From NCBI RefSeq assembly GCF_002571385.2, contig NW_019217891.1:25290-89289 (forward strand): a stretch of 64,000 bases of DNA, given 5' to 3'. A program made the translations under genes and the position numbers. Position 1 is the stretch's first letter; every line of letters starts with the position of its first letter. The notes beneath the pieces are model-generated. The model searched no databases and was not told the DNA's origin. It saw nothing but the letters and a program-made list of their open reading frames with translations. Positions 25,104-36,440 of the stretch are shown here, one piece after another. Origin of the DNA: Stylophora pistillata (lineage: Eukaryota).

Positions 25104-28100
25104 CTACATGTGCCCAATCAGCGATTTCTCTCTTCGTGCATTGGAAGTTTCCAGTAGAGCTCTGGTTGATTCCTCATTTATGTAAGTGTAATGGGTGTTG
25201 CTAGATTTCTTGATTACTGCAGCTGCCTGAGGCTTGAGGTGAGGATTGTCCACAATCTCTACCTCTGCATACAGAAGATCTCTTCTTTTCCTCTGTTCCA
25301 TCTAAATTATAATTATTCTTGGTTAGCAAATGTTAACAGGTGCAAATGTACAATTTGATCTCAGCCTAAAACATTCTCATTAATAACACTAACCCAGCCC
25401 CCTTCCCTTTTCCTTTCCAGGTAAAAAGAATGGAAGCTTAAAAAAACATATTTTGTCTACCCTTCTTAAAAAATGGGACAAAAAAAAAGGATCTGTATGT
25501 TACCTGTCTTGTATAGCAGTACAGCATGACATTGGGTCATGTGAAACTTGATGTTTGCAATCATGTGACTTAATTTGGCATTTTTGTTTTTCATCCCATA
25601 TTCTGAAATAAATCTTTCAGTGTGGTTGATATCAATCAATGTGGGAACCTGAAGATCCTTTGACTCTTTCAAGAACAAACGATTTACTCCCAATAAAGTG
25701 TTACCTTCTCTTATACTGTTCACGTACTTCAGTATACCACAAATTTACAAGCTTGATTCTTTGTGTACATCTGTTTCATTATACAATAACCACTACTTAC
25801 TGACATTGGTGAAGAAGAAGAAGCATGGCCAGGACTCATGGCTGTGTAGATATCGTCATTCTCAGCCAAAGAGGATGATGATGAGGAGCTGCTCTTTGCA
25901 CCAGAGAACCTCCTGCTCTGTATAGATGTCATGTCTTCATAAAATTGATTGTTACCATGTGGCTGGGATGTTCCATCTTTATCAAGGCTGTAGCATCTTG
26001 TCCACTGTGATCTTGTGGGTGTCATTTCACAATACTCTAAATCATCAATTGCACACTCAGATTGTCGTTGATACTTGTTTGGCTGGTTTGGCAAGGACCC
26101 AACCAATGGGTTGCTATTTAAAACCCTCACAAGAGGTAGATTCTGAGGACGCGGTTGCGATCGATAATTAATGTAACTATGCTCTGGCTGAGGCATAGTG
26201 TTTTTCTTATACTTGCTTTGTCGATCAACAGGTGGTGCCATGTTACAGTAACTGTGGTCTTGTGATGTTTGTGTCTTTGGCTTAATTGCTCTGTTGACTT
26301 GTGGTGGTCGTTTCAGCGTGCGATCAACTGCTGGAGCCACTGTGTTTCCAGCTGAATTCACCAAATGAAATAAAAATTTTATAAATTCAACATGAATTAC
26401 AAGTGGAATATCTGCAGTACTGCATGAAGGTGCAGTGTATATCTTATATAACACATTTTTCTTCCACTGAACCAGCCAAAGAAAAGTCTAATTCAAAAGT
26501 AGAAAACTTAATTCCCCCAATAATTCATCATTACCCTTTCAATGTTAATTTGTTTGTTCCATACATTCAACAAGTGAGCAGCAGGACAATACAATTAGCA
26601 AGGCAGCCCTACATTTTCAGTTTTCCAAAATTCATACACTCAAGTTTAAAGATCAAAATACTTCCAAAAACTAATTGGTGTATTGTTGCTCTCCAATTAA
26701 GTTTGGTAAAGACAAAAGTTTTATTCCATACTGTTTCTGACCTACACTTCTTTTCATTCACATTCTAGAAAACTATTTGACATGATTTTATGACATGGAT
26801 TTTTTTTCTAATGTATAAGAGCCACAAGGTTATCAACTTGGTAACCATGTGGCCCTTATACATTAGGAAAAAAAAGTGAATTACCAACTCTTTACCACAC
26901 AAAGTCAAAAAATGTGCTGACTTAAACTAACTGACTAAATGTCAGATTCTGTCAATCTGTACTTTTTCCCACTGCCTGTCCATGTGACTGACTTATTAAC
27001 ATGCAACAGTGGTTTAAATGACTTTATTTTCTTTTTTATGACTTTTTTTTTTATTCACTTCCACGATTACAACAATTACAATTCTTTTTTCAACAATTAA
27101 GTTAAAGAAGAATGAATAAAGTTTGGTTTACAGAAGTTAACAATGTTATTGTCAGGAGTAATTACATGTTAACCTCTACTAGGAGTTACACGAAGAGGAT
27201 TAATAACAGTCACCCACATACCTTGATTAGGAATTGCTGGTGGAGGCACATCATAGATATCATCAGTGGACGTCGGAGGGACATCATACACTTCAGTCGG
27301 ATGTCTGGGTAACACATCATATATATCTTCTTGCTTAGGAGGGACATCATAAATGGAGTCTCTAGATGCTAAATTTGGTGGCCTGTCATAAATATCCTCA
27401 AGATTAGGATCACAATCAGGAGTCTCATCACTTAGAGATCCAGAGTCTCTGTCTTTTGGAACTGGAGGTAAAGGTGCATCATACTTTTCATCTTGGTTCT
27501 CTAACTTCAAGGAACAAATGCTTGAAAATGAGGCATTTAGTCCAGAATCTGCACTGACAGGACGGTTGGTTTTTGGTAAAGTGTCATAATCAACATTTTT
27601 AGACTGATATGGGGATGGTACTGGAGGTGGTACCCAGTTGTAAACATCTGAAACATCTTCACTACTCGGACGGCAATAACTGTCTGAAAAACGGGGGTCA
27701 TGATTATTTTCATCCCTTGGTAAGCTCCTAGCATGAGCAGGTCTAGCTGGGGGAACAACATCGTATACATCTTGTGATGTAGGGCGTGGTAGCGGCACAA
27801 CATCATAATTTTCCTTTGATGCATCCTGCTGGGCTTGTCTGCGTCTGTGCACAGGTGGTGGGGTGTCATAATTACTCTGTTCTAAAATTCTTCCACTAGG
27901 TGGAACATCATAGATATCTTGGCCATCTTGCATGTCACTCCCAGTAGATACTGGTCTTGGCTGAGGAACAATGTCATAATTTTCACTTTCTTGTGCTCGA
28001 TAGAGACCCTGGCTAACATGTGTATTCTTTTTTGCAATTGGCTTCGGAATAGGAACAACATCATAGTTTTCCTGTTCATGCATCTTTATGATGGGAGGAA

Positions 28101-31100
28101 TGTCATATAAACTTTGGCCATCTTGCTCATCAGCAGCAGATGCTCGCCTGGGAGGTGGAACAAAATCGTAGTTTTCCTTCTCAGGTGACCTCAGAGTAGG
28201 AGGTATATCATACAATCCCTGGTCATCCTGAGTCTCACTACAAGAAGATGCTGGCCTTGGAGGAGGCACCATGTCATAGATATCTTGTGAGGATCTGTTA
28301 CTGGCCTGAGAGACTGGACGTGGCAGAGGTACAGCATCATAGTCATCTCGTGAAGGTGACAAAAGTCGACCTGTTGATTTCACTCGTGGTGAGGAAGAAT
28401 GAGTGGGGAAATTGAATGGTCGAGGAATGGGTACATCATCATAATTTTCCTCTGTTCCTGGAGTACGAGGAACTCTCTGGGGACTTGGTAAAATGTCATA
28501 TGGCTCTTGAGATACATATCTTGGGGTAGGTACCACATCATAAGTTTCAGATGGACCCCCAATTGTGGCCATATCCTGTCTTGGTGATACACCAGATGGG
28601 GAGTGCCGCCCACTAAGTACACCATGAACATTCACAGGACATGTTAGGCTTCCAATTTGCTCTGACTGCCTCCTTTGTTTATCATGGTAAACTTGAAGGA
28701 CTGGTGAAGGGTCTGGAGGATCACTGTTTGACCTGCTTTTTTTTCTTTCGTCAATTATGTGTTTGGGAATTGAGAGTGGACAGGGGCCTGTTGGGGATGT
28801 GACACTTGAGCTAGATGATGAAATGCTAGAAGGAGAACCAATAGGACTTGTTGGCCGAAGTCTAGCAGCAATTGGCTGTGAATGTATTGGAGATGGCTGG
28901 GGTGTGTTTCCTTTCTGGGGTGAGTTAACAACTAAAAAAAAAAAAAACATCAAGAAATAAGTAACAGTTAATTATATAACAAGCAATGATTTGTTTGTTC
29001 ACAAAAAGGAGAAAAAACTATTCAAAAGTGAAGCTGTTGGAACAAAGTTGTGATTCTTTAAAACTGCTTTACTTACAAGGCTTTCATCATTTTTGTTCTC
29101 ACTGATTCTATTCATTTAATTTTGGACTCAATGTGAGAATATTCAGTCACTAAAAAGAATCAAAAAAGTAAATCATGGAGAAAGTGTACCAAAAGTTTCC
29201 CAACAGTGTTAGTTTAACACCATTAGGTCTCACTTGAGACAAGACAAGACAAAGAGTTTATTTAACTTTGAATTTGTTGATAGCAAAATTGCTAAATAAA
29301 TATCTCCAAAGAAAATAAATCTATAGTAAGTAAGCAAGTAAGTAAGACTTTATTTAATGAGGGTAACATTTGACAGTAATAAAACTGATAACCTATAAAA
29401 ATAATTAATGTACATCAATAGGTGAAATAAAGAGATAGATACATAAAAATTATATAAGATAAAAATCAAACATTATAGATAAAAATATACATGTATGTAC
29501 AGGTAATTTCAGGGTTTAACATTTGTCACAAAAAGAACAGCATTCATTATCCAGTTGAACAGTGCACCTTTGAGGGCAGCCAGAGAAGTAGAATTATATA
29601 CATTGTATGATATCAAAATGAAGACAACCATACTTTGTTGTATTTACACTAACTTGGAATAACTAGTCAGCCTTTGCCTCGTCAACTGGTGCTGGTTTGA
29701 AATATATGGTTTGAAATTATGTTTTAAAAATATCTAACCTTGATTATCATCATCTGTCCTTGAAAATCCACAAACATTACATATTTTAGCTACCCAGTTT
29801 TCCATGTCCTCTTGTGTGTCTGCCACAAGATAATATGTTCTTGTCTCCATGGCAATACTGAACACATTCTTGAATTTTGTGTTAGCTAAATGTGACTCAA
29901 CAGACTTGCAATTCACCAAGTTTAGTGCATCTTTTATTGGTCGTTTCTCTTTATCACTCTTATAGTACCGAAGTTTTCCATTTTTGTGCAAAACAAAGAA
30001 GCGTTTCTGCCACTACAAAAGACATAAAAAACACCCATGTTAGAACTGAGCGAGAAGCATGATCCAATAACATATTATTTCGACTGTATTGTATTCAGTC
30101 AAATAACAGATTGTCAGTCAATTCATTAACCACAATGAAACATAACAACCCTAAATTAAGGTTAAATTATCAAATGATTATATCAATTTTTTAAGATGAA
30201 ACAGTGAAATAACATGTTTGCTACAAATGACTTCTTACAGGAGCCTGCAAATGTAAACAATTCAGGAAAACAAAACAGATCAACCCACAATTTACATTAA
30301 TGCACAAGTAATTTGAGAGGGCCTTTGTTTCTGAGGGAAAAGAACTAATTAAGAAAAGAAATTTTGACTAGCAAGATGATGCTTCAAACTGAACTTGATG
30401 AAAAACAGCCAACAGCAAATATTGTTGAGTGAGAGAAACCACCTACACATACAAAAAGTGTATGCAAATTACATATCAAGGAAATACTTGTCTAAATGCC
30501 ACACAATACTGACCTAATTATTTCCTCAAGCTCATATCAACTGTCATTTAAAGTAGAATAATGACAAAGAAATTAAGAAAAGAACATAATACAAAAATAA
30601 CAGCATTTCCTTGAAAACTGAGCTGGGAATGACTCAAACTCTAAACTGAGCAGGAATCCAGATAGACATTAAGTATTTATCACACCCTACAGACAAATTT
30701 TATGTCAAGTTTTAGCTAACAAGAAAGTTGACCATTAGGTTATGCAGTAACTTACAAATTTTAGCTGCAATGAAATAGCTCTCTGAAAAATAATAGATCA
30801 CATACTGCATAAGTCCAGCTTAGAAAATGAAAAAGGAGTTTACAAAGAATTTCCTTCTTCCCTATTTATTTATTTACTTTTCCTTTCCTATGTTGGAAAT
30901 TTTCAACAATTTTTACGCTTAAAAACAAATTAGTAAGTTCAATATTCAAATTTCTTACAATATACAGTAAACACGTTAGCAACAACAAACGTAGAAATTG
31001 AAAGGTTGACATCATTTTTCAGAAAACGTAGTAGAGACAAAGCGAGCAAACACAAGTTACCGCAGTAAAAATTTCCAATCCTCCTTTCCTGAAAGGACGA

Positions 31101-32061
31101 GAATATTTCGACTTCTGATATTGCTAGTCAGGAGTGTCATATTGCAAATTTATGCATTTGTGTTTTCAATAAACCCACTATTACAAAAGCCTGCCAGCTG
31201 ACAAGTTGAAACTCATACGTTTTAGAGAAACTTTGCCCTCGTGTACAGATTAATCATCTTAACAAACACGACACTCGGTAGTAATTATATCTACATTAAC
31301 AAAACCATTGAGTTAAACTTAATCATATGACAGACGTTTGCAATGATGGAAATTTCTGCGCTTCGCGATGAGAATTGTTGACGATAGAAAAGAGGAATAA
31401 TTCCAACAAGGACAGAACGATCGTTCAGAACTTTCAGTATTCGCTTCATTGTAACGGGAAAACCTGGTGACAAAATTTGCCGTTCGAAAGAATTCAATAA
31501 TTAAACTGATGGCCCACGGAAGTCGTATCAACCCGAACACCTCATAGATTACGCGAAATGCCACGAACATCTTAGTCATTTATCATAGTCTGTTGTTTGA
31601 AATATATGCCTTGCAAAATTCCGAATTATCATAAGGTAGTTAAAATCAGTAAAACCTCAAACATAGCAAGGTTAGCATGCAGGAAAGATTCTTTAGATCA
31701 GCTCGCCTTTGTGATAAAAGCCCCTTCCGAGCAAAGATCGAAGACGATCAGCCTACACCGTAACAGATGGAAAAGTCCCTGGTCAGGCAACGTTCAAAAC
31801 TGCTTCAGGCTAGGAACGGAACTGGGTGATAATGAAACATTCCGCTTATTAAAGTAGTCAGGATGTACCTCAAAGGCTTTAATTCTTGATAACGACCAAA
31901 TTAATGCACTCATATGTAAACTTACAAATCGACCGTAGATATCGAATAATTTCTCGGCGTTTCGCACAACCACTTACCGAGCTGACTTTAAATTTGTTTT
32001 CTGGTGGCGATTTCCGCAGATATCCTGAGATCATAATATCTTCATCGTCCATTTTCGTCAT
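25104..32061 (-). CDS. GAB: Gab/DOS-family (GRB2-associated binder) PH-domain docking protein, ~938 aa, 5 coding exons
   Basis: Exons (minus): 32061-31978, 30012-29739, 28931-27222, 26351-25801, 25301-25104, phase-consistent. Gab-type PH domain SGYLRKSPPE..WQKRFFVL..RTYYLVADTQEDMENWVAKICNVCGF. Atypical Grb2-SH3 motifs PAVDRTLK, PQVNRAIK, PPVDRQSK. Four YxxM PI3K sites (YCNM, YCEM, YEDM, YTAM). C-terminal tandem SHP2-type tyrosines LLYAEV and THYTYI followed by STRAL. Confidence 0.92.
29326..29395 (-). mobile_element. LINE 3'-terminal remnant related to the element at 4384-5065
   Basis: (AAGT)n followed by actttatttaatgagggtaaca...cagtaat...aactgat, versus actttatttaaggagggtaaca...cagtaattcaactgat at 4427. 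Confidence 0.6.
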
Positions 32062-32169
32062 GAATACGTCTTGGTTCTTGTTTGTATAGCAGCTTGCATT
32101 GACAGTGTCTGTACCATCAAGCGAAACGGGCACTCAACTCAGCAAGAATTCACTACCACTCAATATTCA

Positions 32170-32242
32170 ACACGGAAGTCACCCACATTAACCAAGAAGA
32201 CTAAGGCGAGTCTCTGATTGGTCAATGAATGTCACATGGTAA
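32170..32242 (-). promoter_or_regulatory. Candidate Gab proximal promoter (ETS CGGAAGT, CCAAT box, E-box)
   Basis: cacggaagtc, ctgattggtc and gtcacatggt cluster 110-180 bp upstream of the ATG. Confidence 0.4.
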
Positions 32243-34464
32243 AACAATTTCGTGGTCTTTCAGCTGAGGTCACAGGGTGCCAGCAGACAATCCACGCATT
32301 TCAAACTCCGATAATTTCCTGACCAAAATTGGCAAAAGAATTCCGATTTAAACCCTCCATGATTTACACAGATTTACGAAGAAAACTTTCAGAGAGGTCG
32401 AAAATTGATACACGAATTTCAATGTGCCCATGTATTTCACAATTTTCGTGGCTGGAACTAAAGGGTGTTGCTAAAGCGACGTGCAAGTTTGATTACACCA
32501 TCTTTAGTCATATAAGTTAAATATTATGTTATTTTTTATTTGATAACTGTTATTATGTTTGTTGCTTTTCACAAGCCTAAGAGAAAATTTCACTTTCATT
32601 GTGACAGATCCAATGCACTATTGGCCCTAAAGGGAAACTTTGGCTATTTTCAAAAACCCATCCTGTTTACAAGTCAAATTTGCGAAAATTTCCCTTTCCA
32701 TGTTGTCTCAGGCGAATTTTAACAATGAAATTCGAGAGTTTTAGTGACGTCAAAAAATTCACTTTTTAGATTCTCTCCCATTTATTTGATTCGTCTCTCA
32801 AACCGGGAAAGAGAACACGTCTCTCTAACTGTTATTATACAGCTTAGAAGCTTCATGCTCGCTTGGGCAACTCAAGCAAATGCGCACTTTTCGCGTACGT
32901 CTTTTCATTGCGGCTGGCATCGATAAAGAGAAACCGACTGTTTATGCAAAAACTGAGGCTTGGAGAAAGGAAAATCGAGGAAAAAAGCACACACGAGGAA
33001 GAATCGATCAACGGATTAAGTTTCTTTTCCTCTTTGTTTTTGACGATTTTTGTCACGTCCGAACGATCACAAGTGTGCGCGCACAATTGAGGATATATTT
33101 TTTAAAGGAATTCGAGAGAGGTTAAGTCATGACCTTTCACTAATATTACCAAAGCTTATGTATCCAAGTCACGGCTCTTCACGCCATCATAACTTGCAAC
33201 AAGGAAACAAAGTCGTAATCAATCTGAAACGCCTCTGAAAGCGTTTTTGCTTGCCTAAGCAATCTGCTTTTCTTTCTGTGTTCCTTGAGACGGCCTGCGG
33301 TGTCGATCGAGCAGTAAGCAAAACCCACTGACAGATGAATGTGTACGGTTTACGTGAACATGAGCGGGAAAGGTCTTGGACTTCAGTCAAAGTCAGCCCA
33401 ATATATATGTAAACATAATATTGACATACAAGTAATGGCTGCACGCCAAGGCAGAGGACAGAATCAGTCGACTGCCGACAGAGCTATTATAATTTATACG
33501 TCGTCGAGCACGCGTGAAATAGACTGGGATCGGGAGGCACCAACACAACCTGAGGTAATCACATTTTTCTGTAATTTGAATAGTTTTCCTAAAAAAAATA
33601 GTTTAAGGTCAGTAAAACATAAGTTATTAAAGCACGTTACCTGAATAAAAGCTAGTTTGGGCGAATTTTAAGTTTTCGCTTGTTATTCTTGTTTGTTTCT
33701 TTATAACTAGTTTCTGCGCTCATTTCAGTTTTGGCCAGACCAGACCAGACCCAAACTCAGCACAATTTGCTTTTGCTTTTTGTTTTCTGTTTTTGTTTAT
33801 TTATTTATTTTTTATTTTCAGTTTGCATATTAACAGTGTCTAAGTGAAAAATAGTCCAATTTCGGGCCTGTTTGATTTTAGTGATTTGCTTTGTTATATA
33901 TTATATATTTTTTAACGAAAACTGTTGTTTGCTTTTGCGCCCTTATATTTTGAGTTCTTACTCAATAAACACCGATCCTATCATCCAACCATAAATTGTA
34001 TGACAAAAATGTTTCTCAACAATGTTCGCGTGTTTGACGGGCTCAGTTTTCCTTTGTAAGCATGTTTATCCGTCTTAAGATTTCGTTAGTTTTTTTATCA
34101 GGTGAGGTCGATCCTTAAAATAGTCCCTAACCGGATAGATAGACATAATATGTTTGGAAAATGTAAGATAACTTAAGTGTGAGCGTAAGAATGAGTTCTT
34201 AATAGTTAGCGTGCGCCAATGCTAACGGTGAAATAATTAGTGGATTAGAATTCATACTTTCCTGGCCGTTAAAGAGCTCATGATGTTTACAGATGTATAT
34301 TGATTCACTGACCTACCGGTATTTCTTTAAACTCAATCAGGCAATCAGCTTTTAATTCCTTGTAATTATACCGGAGGCACTTTGCCGTCTTATGAATATC
34401 AAAGGAACCCCCAATTTATGCAGATCAGACACTTCACAACCGAGGACAAAAGGAGAGGGGCTTG

Positions 34465-34890
34465 GGAGACAAGTCGGGCGAGATGCACCCAACACTGTGT
34501 TTTGATTGGCTACCCAAACCCATATTGCCCGCTCGAGATTGCTTTGATCCCGCGGAAAGAAAAAGATCGCATGGAGCACTGACTTGCAGAGTTCGTAATT
34601 TTTAGACAATTTCGGCAATGGAGTCGCAAAAAGTGGCGCACCACTCAAAACGAAGAAAACGTAAACGAGTTTCGTGAGACTTTTGGGCTACAAAATCCGG
34701 AAAGTGGCATGGAGTTTGTTTGCTTTATAATAGATTGCTTATTGACCAAGCTTGAAGTCAATATGGCTGAATATTGGCCTCCTTTTTTTTTTTTTTTTGG
34801 ATGTTTACAGACATCAACTTCGTCTAGGTCCATAAAAACGCAAAAAAAGAACTTGGCCAATATCTACCTTGACCACACGCTTGGTCAATG
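34465..34890. mobile_element. Foldback repeat element A (CCAAT-like module plus terminal long hairpin)
   Basis: tgattggctacc module, then inverted arms attgaccaagc...aatattggcc / ggccaatat...gcttggtcaat at 34739-34889. Confidence 0.65.
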
Positions 34891-36440
34891 CACATATGAA
34901 CAAATATATATCCATAGAATTCTATTTATGAGTAAAAAAGGTATAACACTCAAGTCGCATATACACTCAAGTAGAAGATTTCGTAAGAAACTGATATCAT
35001 TGCTCCAAGTATTTACCATTGCACCAAGTATTTTCTATATTGGTGTCATCCTAAACAAGCAAAGCCATATGGGTCGCTCAGGTATTCAATAATGGCCATG
35101 GGAACATTAATTATCAGTTGTTTATATTATCATATACTATATATGTTTAGGGGCAAGGATTCGAGGGGTTGATCGCATCTTCATAAGCATGTCAAGAAAA
35201 CTGGGATGCGTTGAAGTTTATAAGTCATATGCATAAAAAGTAGTTACTTCAATTTTGAGGCTAGTCTTTCTTCTTCTTCCTTTTTTTTTTTTTTCCCGAA
35301 ACTGTTGGTATGATAAACAAATCGTAATTAGCCCTGTTAAGGGGGTCTCAATGGAGCGAAGATTTCCACGGCTGACAGTCAAAATTTTGACCATTTTACG
35401 GCTAACGGTTGATTTCTTTCATTTGCAGTTGAAAGATGACAGTTAACCTTAGCTTTTTTACGACTAACTCAATCGAGTCCCTCTGTTAGATTCATACCAG
35501 ATTCGGGTGGAACAGTCATTACACCTTCAACTTTAATTTTGAAATCATCTTATTTCGCAGGTTAAAGAAAACATCCCACACAGCTTGTCAGAACTGATTC
35601 ATCCAGTTTTAGCCCATGCCACGCTGTCGGTGTTTACGAGCACAACACGGAAGCAATTTTAAATCCTGCCGAAAGATATTCGCCTAGCAACTAGACTAAA
35701 GACTCGCGCCGTACGCAAAACTGAAACCAGGCCCGACTTCGTCCCTTAGAATTTCCCACATTCCAGCCGGGCAGTTTCCTGTTTTCTTTAAGTTCTCATT
35801 GGCTGCTTGTGATAGGGTGTAATTCCGACTGGAAGCCGGAGAATCACAGCAACCAATCAAAACAAAGGAAACAATTTCGTGGAGCCAAGGAAAGAAATTG
35901 CCTAAAGCGCAGGAAAATGCGCGTGACCAAGTCGCGATTGGTTTTTAGTTTTTCACCTGATTGGCTAAAAGGATGGGGTGAGTGTTCTAGACCAATCAAA
36001 GCCCAGGAGACCAATGCACGCCCCAATCACTTACAAGTTAATTTAAAACAGCTCTGCTTTCCCGTGTTCTCATCAGCCGGTGTGAACGACACTTCTTCGA
36101 AATTTGTTCCAACAGTCACCACCTTTCAAACATATTTGAAAATATGTATTGCATTAGAACTGCATCATTTCTATTATCATTCCTGTGTTTCAGTATTCTA
36201 AGTCAAGAAAATCTCAATTCTGTACCATTTAGCACAATGCACTTGTTTCACGAGAGAATGGTTAACATGACTGACGATATCCTAAAATGCATTTTTTCAA
36301 ACTTAGATACAATCAATCTTCAACTCCATAGTTTGCAAGTCATCGAAAAGCACAGTATTTCAGATCTGACTCTGACCTTTCTGACCAAATTGTAATTATT
36401 TTTCATTATAGTTAAACTATTCTAACACAATAAAGTGTCG

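Noticed and set aside
31061-31088. 28-nt candidate Gab micro-exon (KGGLEIFTA) with good splice sites that could join WQKRFFVL
   Set aside because: It needs a phase-2 upstream exon; none with an open frame was found, and it would frameshift if joined to exon 1.
34560-34600. KIAWSTDLQSS resembling histone H3 EIAQDFKTDLRFQSS
   Set aside because: It lies inside foldback repeat A and is followed by a stop; likely coincidence.
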